Below, in pieces: positions 24,724-35,312 of a stretch of DNA of 64,000 bases. The stretch is from assembly GCA_004764695.1 (NCBI GenBank), contig SMSO01000014.1, positions 3,653,648 through 3,717,647 on the forward strand, read 5' to 3'. Made by a program: the position numbers and the translations under genes. Numbering within the stretch: the first letter of the stretch is position 1; every line of letters starts with the position of its first letter. The notes beneath the pieces are model-generated. The model was not told where the DNA came from, ran no database searches, and worked only from the letters and a program-made list of their open reading frames with translations. Origin of the DNA: Schizochytrium sp. TIO01. Lineage: Eukaryota > Protista > Bigyra: Labyrinthulomycetes.

Positions 24724-25681
24724 GGTACAGAGCTCCTTGCAAAGCACAAATACCAGGCAATCTGAAAAATTGGTGCGTCGCAACGAAGCTTATGATTTTG
24801 GGGTTTATGTGCAATGCAACATGACAGATATTGATTCTTATAGTTCTTTTTTTGTTGTTGCTTTTATTTCTTTTTTTACTCTTCGATTTCTAAAGAGACC
24901 AATTTTATAGATAAGTATTGCTTAGATCTGGATCAATCTCTCTAGCAACAACTGATACAAGCTTTCAGGGTGGCTTAACTAAAGAGGTAATTCCCCAGGT
25001 AACTAAGACCTGTTCTAAAAGCTACCGATTAAGTCTGGAAATGTGTTGTGATAAGTGTTCCAGCTTGGGATGAAACAGCTTGCTTGAACATTTGAAGATC
25101 TGGATTGCAATTTCAGGTTCTCTGATTCGAGGAGCCTGAGTGAGGAGCTACTGAAGCATAGAGGGAAATTCAATGAACAGGGTTCATCATCAATAACATT
25201 CTAAAGTTCCGTGTTTACTTCGATGTATGAAACTGCAAGGCTTTATTATGATATTGGTATTCAAATGAAGAAAATATTTGGCCATTTCTTAAGGTTGAAA
25301 ATGAACTAGTTCGAAATTGTAGCAAAGGAATACAGCCGAGATAAAGCGCTGCACTACGTAGACGTTGGAACAGACCACATGGAGCCTGCACAGACATCAA
25401 CTACATGAAAACTTATTTAGTAGTAGATCAGATTGCCTGCCTGCCTTTTACAGGGAAGAAGATAGCAACAAGGCACGGCAATATACTTTTGCGAGAGACA
25501 GGCTTACACCCTATCAGGCTCAACTTGAGGGGTGTAAAAACTCGAACTCTTTGCAGGTGTAGACATGACAACTTCCACCGATAATCGAGAGGTAGAACAT
25601 GTGTCGGTGGCGAGAGACTAGGTTTCATTGTTGAAGTGAAACATGAGTCTGGGGGGAGTTATTTGGAGATGATCCACTCGC

Positions 25682-26725
25682 TTAGAAGAAGACGAAGAGA
25701 GCACCGAGAGCCATGAGAAGGCTGGAGCTCAGGGTCATGGCACTGGAGGGTGCGTTGGTGGGCCACATGGTGGGGGAGCCAGTGGTCGGGGTAGTAGGAG
25801 CAGTGGAAGTTCCCGGAGGAGAGCCACCCTGGGTAAAGTTGCCATCAGGTCCGCCGCTGGGCATGCTGGGTCCGCTGCCACTGGGCACGCTGCCGCCACC
25901 AGAGGAAGTCGAGTCAGTCTCCACGGTATCAATACCGACGGTGACGAAACCAATGACTCCCTTGGTGAGGCCCTCGCCAGGGTACATTTCGGTGAGGGTG
26001 GTCAAGCCGTAAGATCCATCCTGGCCAGTGTAAACGGAGTCGTTTGCAAGGGCAGTGATACTGGCGGTGTTGTTCTCGTAGTAGGATGCACTCTGGATTT
26101 CGTAGGTGTAGGTGTCGTTGAAGAAGAGCTGACCAACGTGGGAGACAGTGCCACCAGTGTAAGACTCGCCGTCGTCGGTCTCGGTAATGTTGAAGTGGAC
26201 GCGGATGTGGATGTGGGTTACGCGACCCTCGTACCAGCCAGGGAAGATGGTGTCAACAACAGTGGTGCCAGAAGCGTTGGTGTACTGAATTCCACGAAGG
26301 TAGGTGGAGTTGTCGGTGTCAGAACCGGTGTTGGTGCTCTGCTCGTAGAAGTGAGAGTAAATGCCGTTGGCGTCACAGTGCCAGAACTCGACGGCAGCGC
26401 CCTCGATCTCCTCGCAGGTGGTGGAGTTGACGACGGTCAACTGGATCTGGAAGGGGACACCAGGTTTACCTTCTGTGATGTTCTCGCGAATGGGAGCCTC
26501 GTCCCATACGTAGGGGCCCTCGGTGACCTCAGGGTCAAGGGGGCAAGTGCTGTCAAGGGAGCGACCCTTGGCAAGGCAAGCTGCAGAGAGCTTACGACCG
26601 TGTGTGTTAAGGCGCTCGAAGTTAGGGATGGCAGCAGACCAGTGGTTTGCCGGCACGTTGTGGCCAGCCACGGAGCTGGCGAGCATGGCGACGGTCGCCA
26701 GCACGAGGCCTACACTACGCATCAT
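25682..26725 (-). CDS. Secreted intradiol ring-cleavage dioxygenase-like protein, predicted GPI-anchored
   Basis: Signal peptide MMRSVGLVLATVAMLASSVAG; motifs TEGPY, WHCDANGIYS, LRGIQ, TIFPGWYEGRVTHIH and GQLFF; Ser/Thr/Pro/Gly stalk and hydrophobic C-terminal tail. Confidence 0.88.
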   Translation of the reverse strand: MMRSVGLVLATVAMLASSVAGHNVPANHWSAAIPNFERLNTHGRKLSAACLAKGRSLDSTCPLDPEVTEGPYVWDEAPIRENITEGKPGVPFQIQLTVVNSTTCEEIEGAAVEFWHCDANGIYSHFYEQSTNTGSDTDNSTYLRGIQYTNASGTTVVDTIFPGWYEGRVTHIHIRVHFNITETDDGESYTGGTVSHVGQLFFNDTYTYEIQSASYYENNTASITALANDSVYTGQDGSYGLTTLTEMYPGEGLTKGVIGFVTVGIDTVETDSTSSGGGSVPSGSGPSMPSGGPDGNFTQGGSPPGTSTAPTTPTTGSPTMWPTNAPSSAMTLSSSLLMALGALFVFF

Positions 26726-28336
26726 CTTGATGTTGGTTTCGCTTCGTGTCGAGTCGAGTCGAGGAGAAAGCTGTTTGAGTTTTGGGTTTGCTGAGCTCCC
26801 GAAATCCTTGGAGCTTGACATGCAAACAAACAAGCAAACAAATAAAAATATCAAAGGACTCTAATCTCATTCCCCCTTTATTCTTCTTTAATGAGAGTGA
26901 TTGTGTGAGAGAGAGAATCCAATTTGTAAGTTACAGGCTCAGTAGAACTTCTTTTGCATTCTCTTTCACAAAGCTTCCGGAAGTAAATTTATTTTTAAAA
27001 TAAAGCCACCATGCCATGCATACCTTTAATCGCTTAGGGCTTCTAGCTAGTTTCCTTTTCTTTCTAAATTTACAATTTCTTTCAATCTAACTAACTGTTC
27101 GCTATGGAGGGGAAAGAAGTCACCACAGCGCAGACGCTCGAAAAAGAAGAATGAAAGAGAGAAAGAATGAAAGAAAAAACTTGCTTTGAAGAAGCTCAAG
27201 CAAAGCCAAAGTGCCTTCATGTCACACTCTCAGACAGGTCTTCCTAGAACTAAAGGCGCCAGCCTCGAGCATTGTGCACGTTATTCTGACAATATCCACG
27301 GTGCTTTCAAACCACGAAACCTGAGCGAGCGAGCGAAAGGACCCTTTTTCTCACCAGTCTTTACAGCAGACTAGCGAGCGTCAGTCAATGTTCATCTAAT
27401 TATTTTAAACATGGCTCTCTCTCTCTCTCTCGACGAAAGCAGAAAGCACTCGGGAGTGGTATAATAAATATTACGATAAGCGTGAGAGCGGATTGCTAGG
27501 GAGATGCTAGTGGCACGGCTAGCAGTATCTCAAAAACACAGGGTCGGAGAAGTCCCCTCACCACAGTGGTTAGTGTGCGGGGTCCTGCGCCTGCAGTCTC
27601 TTCAGTCGCACTTCCCACAGCCAGGCCTTCATGAGCTCCACATGATTAACTTTTCAAACTTTAAAGTAACTAATTAAATTATTTACTTATATATTTATTT
27701 ATTTATTTGTTAAAATTTAAAAAACAACTTGAAAACAAACCAAGCCAAAACCTTTGTAACTAAGTAAGTAACTAAGCGCGTTATTTGTTAATTTGTTAAT
27801 CTCCATGAGCTGCATAAAGCTCGGTTGGCGAGTTGGCAGACCTCTTCTTCCTCGTCTTCTTCTTCTTCTTCGCTCAATCCTGCCAAAACCCTGTGAGATA
27901 TCGAATCGTGCTCCAATTCCTCCGCGAGAGTGCTGGATATGCCTTCGACTTTCTCGCTTGCTTGCTTACTTCCACGCACCCATCTATATATCTATCCATC
28001 CATCCACTCATCAGTCGTGATCTTCGCATCACGTTTCCACAGAGAGAGTCCCTCATGTACCGACCTATGAGAGAATGAGAGAATGAATGATTATCTTTCT
28101 TCTCTTTCCCTTCTTTTTTCCTTTTTCCGTACTATTGATCGATTGCTGTGTTGCCATCTCTTCCGCATTTCCATTCCTTCGATTGATTGACCGATAGACT
28201 GATCGATCGATTGATCGATCGTGATCGATCGATCAATTGATTGAGCTTTTCAGGTTTTCACGGTTTGCGCTTAAGAAGCCGAAGAGAGGCCTCGAGGACC
28301 TGAAAGCCGCCTCTCAAGAAGACCTAAGAAAGCCAA

Positions 28337-28337
28337 A

Positions 28338-28417
<80 letters not shown>

Positions 28418-28419
28418 AA
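28337..28419. repeat. (AAAG)n microsatellite
   Basis: About 20 perfect units. Confidence 0.97.
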
Positions 28420-29007
28420 CCGCCGCCTCGACTCACCCTCCCTTGCTCCGACGAGGAGAAGAGGACCTCCGTTTGCGCGAGAGGCGTTGCGTCGCTCGAG
28501 CGCCGTCTGCGCAGAAGCTAAGCTGATCCACGGCAGACGGGCTTATTCTTATTCGCAGCACTCGTTATATTTCACGGTCTTCTGCGAAGGACGAGCGAAT
28601 GAGCGAATGAGCGAATGAGCGAATGAATTTTTTTCATGAGTAAAGGGAAAAAACTGTAAGGTGAGTGTCACTTGAAAGGACGATTCAGACTCGTTTGAGG
28701 AGAATTTGGGGGGTGAAAGGGGGGTTAAGTGAGAGCCAAGTTGGATTTAATCTGAGGGGGAAGTGAGATTCGACGGCGATTCGAGTGAGTGCCTGACTGA
28801 AAAGCCCACTAGGATACTCGTGGAACGCGGCCCAAAAGAAGGCAGCAAGCCCCTCGCGCTTTCTTCAAGAGCCTTGAAGTTGTTCTCTCTTGCCTTCTTT
28901 CTGTATTATCAGATTCTTCTTCTTTTGGGCGGCCTTCTTCGCTCTTTTTCTTTACTACTCCTCAGAAGTGCCAAGTAGCGATTCGGATAAGAGTAGGGTA
29001 GCGCCTC

Positions 29008-29094
29008 TTAGTTTTTAGTTTTTAGTTTTTAGTTTTTAGTTTTTAGATTTAGTTTTTAGTTTTTAGTTTTTAGATTTTAGTTTTTAGATTTTAG
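29008..29094. repeat. (TTTTTAG)n heptamer array
   Basis: About 12 units with minor variants. Confidence 0.93.
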
Positions 29095-29713
29095 TCTGGT
29101 TTCTTTCTCTCCTTCTCGGCCAATAAGATATAAAGTGACTTCGCACTGTTTCTAACCATGTCACAATCGCACTGCTTTCTTTTCGGAGCAACGATCGTCG
29201 ATCGAAAAGTTAAGGACACCAATTCGCCACTGGAAAAGTGCCTCCATGGTGGCGTTTTATAGATAAACGTGCCTCCTCTGCCCCAGCTAGGGCAAACCAT
29301 AGTGGGCGCTAGCCAAAGGGCGGCGCCGCACGCGCGTGAATTAATTAATTCTCTCATACATTCATTCATTCATTTATTCATTCATTTATTCATTCATTTG
29401 TTCATTCATGCACGAACTCGTGAATTCTTCGATCGCTTCGATCAGTCTTCAGCTCGCGGCCATCGCATCAAAGACGCCCCTTGGCTCGAAAGGGCGCCGC
29501 ATCCCGAGCACGGGCTCCGGCAGGCGGCGACGGACTGACTGACTGACTGACTGACTGGATGACTGACTGACTGAAGGCAAGAGAGTTGAGCTTGTTTGGT
29601 CTGGAGACACGCCGCTCCCACCATCGTGCGAGTACCTCTTGTTGTTATTAATTGTTGGGTTCTTGGTTGCGCGGATACCTTTAATAGGCGCTAATATGGT
29701 CGCTCCAAATCGA

Positions 29714-29881
29714 GAGCTCGAGTTCGAGTTTCAATTCAAGTTCAAGTTCAAGTTCAAGTTCAAGTTTGATTTCAAGATCAAGTTTGATTTCAAGTTCAAG
29801 TTTGGTTTCAAGTTCAAGCTTGGTTTCAAGTTCAAGTTTGATTTCAAGTTCAAGTTCGATTTCAAGATCAACTGCTTCAAG
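29714..29881. repeat. (TTCAAG)n hexamer array with TTTGAT/TTTGGT variants
   Basis: About 28 in-register hexamers. Confidence 0.93.
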
Positions 29882-31688
29882 TCGGAGTCGAAGTTGGCGC
29901 GAGATGAGCACCGGCGTAGTACACAAACTGAAGGGGGAGAAGAATGAGGCGTGAGAAAGGAATCTGAGGGCGGCGAGAGGAGAAGAGTGAGGGTGATAAG
30001 TCAAAGCCGCGTTCGCTTTCACTCGAATTCGCGACACGCGAGAGAACGGAGAGTCGGGCTCTGCGGCAGCACGTAGAACGCAGGGCGTAGAGCGCAGAAC
30101 GAACGGCGCTGCAGAGTGAAGAGCTGTTTTGGGACACTGGCGCAGAGGAGAGAACGCGCAGAGGGTCGCGCTTTTGGCTTCCTTGCTTGCTCGGTTTCTT
30201 TTTCTTGAAGATGATTGATTGTCTTTATTAGTATTATTATTTATTTATTTATTTATTTATTTAAATTAAATTAAGGATTAATTTATTTTGAGTTAAAAAC
30301 AATAATCACTCGAAAACTGGCTGCCTGATGTTCTGGAACCCGCGGTTTTTCAGCCTATTTATTCGACTGTGTTTCGTGCATTAGTTCATACTCTCATTAA
30401 AAGGACCGAAGGCGGCGCATAAAACACGATCAGAGCTGCCTGCCATGACAGCCCATCAATAGGCCCGTCGATCTCGAAGGCCTGAAGAACCGGTAAGTCA
30501 GTCCAAGAAGGTATATTATTAAACTAAACTAAAATAAAATTAAATTAAATTAAATAAAAAGCAGAACGAAAAAGTGAATAAAGCAAATAGAAAACATTTG
30601 GGTCCTCAATCAAGCAAAACAGAGGAAGTAAAGAGGCTCGGCACGGCAGGCAGGTCGGAGTCGAGATGATTCAGAGGTACTGCGGGAAAGTGTAGTCGAA
30701 CGCATTTACTCAGCACTTGAGGGGCACCCACTGTGGGTCTTTGGTTAGTTTTGAAACAGCAGGGAGAAGAAGAAGAAGAAGAAGAAGGAGTGGAAGACCT
30801 CCCTCCACCTCGAGAACGAAGCAGAAGCGAGCAAAAGCGAAGCCAGGCCATGAATGAAGGCAGGCGCAGAGGAAAATCAGGGCGAACGGATGCACCGCAG
30901 AGCCTCGAAGGGCGATCACTCGGCCGCCGACGCCGCCAAGAACCACGAAGGAGAGCAGGTCCAGGCTCAAGACCGTGAACAGAAAGAACGGAGATGGTCG
31001 AGGGAGGTCACGACCGCAATAATATTTATTAGAGAGAGCACCGGTGGCTGGGTGGGTGGGTGGGAGTGGCTACCTTCCAACAAAGAAGCTGGGAGCCGAG
31101 TGACCCCGCAGCTGGGTGCAGAGAGGGCCAGAGCTGTCAAGAGCGGGTGCTCCTCGCCGCCGCTTGCTTCCTCTCTTAATATCAAGGTCTTAGAGAAAAG
31201 CGAGCTTAGAAAGACCGCGGATTGATAGTCAACGAAGAACAGAGTGACGGTACCGCGCGACAGAATCGACAGATAATTGGCGAAGAAAGTCCGCACTGAA
31301 GAAGTCGAGAGCGGCTTAGAAGGGATTCTTTGCTTGTTCGTTCGTTTGTTTGTTTGGTTGGTTGGTTGGTTGGTTGGTTGTTTATTTATTTATTTGCCCC
31401 TCCTCAGGCTAGCCATGAAATTGGGTGCAAAGCCGCTGATTGATTGGACCTTTTGGTGGTTCCTTGGTTCTCTCTGTGTTCTTCAAGAAGAAGAAGAAGA
31501 AGATGATGATAGAAGAAGTGACGGGAAGGAAGGAGAACGGCGGCTCGGACCTCGCAGGAACGCAGACCGAGGCCGATGCCAATCTAGCTAGACAGCGAAG
31601 GGTCGATATGGAACCCGTTGATTAGTCGGTCTCTGAGAACAGAGCTCAGTTTCGAGGGTTTGAGGGATGTCGCGAAGTTCAAGTGCAC

Positions 31689-31782
31689 GAATTTGAAATC
31701 GCGAAAGAATTTGAAATTGCGCAGGAATTTGAAATCGCGCAGGAATTTGGAATTTGAAATCGCGAAAGAATTTGAAATCGAG
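31689..31782. repeat. 18-bp minisatellite GAATTTGAAATCGCG(AAA/CAG)
   Basis: Units start at 31689, 31707, 31725, 31750 and 31768. Confidence 0.9.
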
Positions 31783-32035
31783 TTCGATAAACGTTCGATA
31801 AACTCGAAAAAGCTGTCAACAACTTCGTGTGCAAACGGCACTGACTGACTGACTTATCGGCGCCTGAACATATGATATATCGATCTTCATCCGTGAGCGG
31901 GAGTGGACGGAGGAGCGGCTGAATGGATGCGCGAAGAAGACGCGCGTGGCGTCTTAGTGGAGGAGGCGAAGTTCACAGGGCCCTTGAGCCGGTGAACGGC
32001 CGCCCTGAACGAGCCCCAGACCGCCTCCGACTCGG

Positions 32036-32097
32036 ACTTGAGCTTGAAGTTGAGCTTGAAGTTGAGCTTGAGCTTGAGCTTGAGCTTGAGCTTGAAG
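32036..32097. repeat. (CTTGAG/CTTGAA)n hexamer array
   Basis: About 10 units; the reverse complement resembles the 29.7-kb array. Confidence 0.9.
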
Positions 32098-35000
32098 GCT
32101 CTACTCTGCTCTGCGTCTGCCTCCCTCCATGCCAGTGTTCAGGTCCGTGGCCAGGCGAGAACGAACAAGCACAAGGAAGGCGCCCGCCGCTCTCGGCCAG
32201 CCAGCTCCAAGGGCTCCAAGGAGACGCCGTCGACACTGGCGATGTGGATGAATGCTTCTCTGGCACCGACAGGAACTCTGTTGACTTGGAGCTCTCTCGC
32301 TGTTACTTGCACGAGGAAGATGGCGCCTCGTCGGAGTGAGCGAGTGTCGAAGACTTCCTGAGGATGCACCACCATGATGATGCCCCAGGCAGGCAGGAAG
32401 CAAGCAAACAAGCCCTGGATCTTGGCGCTCTTTGAATTCGATTTCCTGGTCATCTAGTCGCCAGCGAGATGGCGGTGGCTGTACACGGCGGCGATCTCGA
32501 AGCCGTGGACAAGGTGAGTTCGTCTTGGTTCACCTGCACCTCCTCCTTCGACTTGGACTTGGACGTGGACTTGGACTTCGTTTGTGCCACCATGCAGGCA
32601 GCCAGGAACCAATCGCCTCGAACGTGCGGAGCAACACCCAATTGCGACAAGCAAGCATGAGAACCAACCCGGCCAAGGAGCAGGCAGATAGATGAGGATG
32701 ACTTCTGGCAACGCACGACTCGTGTCAATCTTGCTCCTGGCTCGTGGGGTAGATTGACGACTTCGAGCACCAGAAAGCAGAGGCTGCCAGCCGGCCCAAG
32801 GGATTCAGGAAACCGAGGCACCAAAGACGACGCTAGCTGCTAGCTGCTAGCTGCGCAGGTGAGCGAGGGTCTTTGAGGAGTTGATGGGCGGTTAGTGGAC
32901 GGTGCAGAGGCGAAGTCGCTCGATCGAGCGAGGCCATTGACCGTGAATCTCGTCGTGTCGCGAAGATTCGGTCAGAAGATGGAGAAAAACTTCGAGTTGG
33001 AATTCTTCAAGGTGCTCATGCAGGCGGATGTGCAAAAATCATCTTGCAGAAACGGCACCATAGTTCGGCAAGAAAGATTGCCAAAAGCAAGAAGCCTGGC
33101 GCAACCGGTTGTGGTGCTCCTGTTCAAAGCTCAGGCTGGTGGTGAGGAGCTTGATGAGATTCGGGAGGCTGGCAGTTCACGACCACGACCGTGACCACGG
33201 CTACGTCTACGCTCACACTCACGATCACGATGGGGCCCTTCCTCTTTTCCCTTGGAGGGAGGTTTCGAGGGTGCCAAAGGTGCACACGATGGAATGAATT
33301 GATGGACCTACATGATCTGAATGCGGAGTCCCAAGTGGAATTAGAAGCCCAAGAACTGTCAGCTATCAGAGCTAGGTAGCTGCACGCGACTCGGCAGTTG
33401 GCGCTCAGCATGGCGCTAGCCAGTGGCTATTTGGAGGGAGATCTTGGGACTACAAACTCCATCACCTCCCACCGGCACCACCAGCAACCAAAGAGATGAG
33501 TTCCTACAACCTCGAGGCTCTCTTCAAGCCGTCTTGAAAAGTTCAACGAATTACTCCCAGGTAGAAAGAGTGAATAAGTGCGCGGTCGAAGAGGTCCAGA
33601 GACGCACGTTCAAGTTCAGCCTTTCGAACCATTGGGAAACGAGCGAATCGTGGCTCATGCTCCTCCTCCCCTTCTCGTTGTGAAATATTCGGCCATCTTG
33701 CCGTTCATTATCCACATCAATATCAATGCGAGATCTAGTGAAATCCGGCGGAATTGAACAAGTAAAACAAACTTCACGATCTAAGAAGATTATCATCTCC
33801 CTGGCTCGCAATGTAGTTGCCCACTTACCTACCTTAATGGATACATGATAGGTAGCTGTGGCAAAAAAAAATAAAAAATATCGCCAACGCATTTTATTTA
33901 GCACACAATATAATTAATTAGTCACCATCGTCACAAAGTACTACGTACCTAACACCCTACTAGTAGGGAGGTAGGGAAGTACTGTGTATATATAATAAGC
34001 CAGTCAATAGATACCTCAAAGAAGAAGAAGAAGAAGAAGAAGGAAAAGAAGGGCTTCTTCTCGTGAGCTGAGGCACTTGTGGATGGAAGGATAGCTGGAA
34101 CTCGAGCCCCAGCGCCACTCCCACTCCTGCTGCCAGGAGGTTTGACAACTCCGACGACAAGGACTAGACGCACGCGCCGGATTCGTATGAAGTTGAAGAA
34201 GTCCGTGGCTGCCGCCTCAACACCGCAGTTCCATACAAGTCGAGAGAAAGTCCTCACCGACGAGAGAAGACTGAGGCGTGCCCGCTTGGGATTGCTGATG
34301 GGCCATCGAGTTCCACTGGACAACAAGCGAGGATTCTACCACTGACGATGCTTTTGCGCAGTAGCTATCGAACGCAAGGCTACAAGAAGTGAGTAAGGGA
34401 AGAGCAGCGGTTTGAGTATCATTCGTAGCATGGGTTTCTGTGTTTTCAAGTTGTTAAAAAGAGAAATATGAATAGTTAGAGTGGCGAAATGTGATGCACT
34501 AAATATCTCTAAATATCTATCTACAAGGGCGCTGATGCCGATGCGGCGAGCATCAGTTCGTGAGCGAAGATTGTGAGGACAGTGCACGTTTACTTTAGGG
34601 CATAAACACTGGCTGCGGTTCGAAGGCTAAGACTAGCACCAAGTATCCAAGAACTAAATTTTCGATGGAAAATCAATCGGCCATGGCGGGTGTATCTTTG
34701 GATGTCCATCATGAAGTTGGGATACCAACTTGAATTGATCACGTATCTCCAGAGAGACAAAAGCCAGTTGCATTGTCAGCCAGAAGCAGCGCCTATCACT
34801 CATTTAATTATTTCGATGACCACTTGGTTAGTCGCGTTGTCATTCAGTCGGTCAACACGAAAGTAAACCAGCACTAGGAAGCACCTCGTAAGACGAATCA
34901 TGGACTCAACTAATGTTTTAGAACAAAAATGAGACCACCTTCAGCAACAGAGGACCGGCCGACCGCCTATGGGATCCTACCATAACCCTGCCGGTGAACG

Positions 35001-35312
35001 CTTGTTTTCTTCTAAACGGCAAAGAGCTCGTGTGCACTCAAAAACATCATGGGCAGAATTTCTTAACAGACCGACAGATACCAGCTAGCTAGCATTAATG
35101 TGAATCTTATACTGCAATACGAAAAGCAGCCGTTGTCGTGGGGAAGCCCCCAACCCTTCTGCGCATGCGAACTAAAAGACCAGCATAGCAAGAGCAAAGT
35201 TTGCCGACAGTATGCAGTCAGTCCGTGGTTTCTTCTCGTCCGCAAGTGATCTGGAGAACCGGCGACCTTCTCATTGTTGGTTGAAACACATGACGAATCC
35301 TCAAGAAAGCAT

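Noticed and set aside
28237-28521. KERK-repeat ORF
   Set aside because: Translation of the (AAAG)n microsatellite; non-ATG start.
29008-29094. Interstitial telomere-like repeat (also the GTTTA array at 2816-2868)
   Set aside because: Units have a single G rather than a G-run; treated as ordinary SSRs.
29110-29155. U2 snRNA 5'-end resemblance (CTTCTCGGCC..TAAGAT..AAGTG..CTGTT)
   Set aside because: Lacks the GTAGTA branch-recognition sequence, stem I and an Sm site; probably chance.
31689-31782. CRISPR-like array
   Set aside because: Contiguous tandem units without unique spacers; no cas genes; eukaryotic context.
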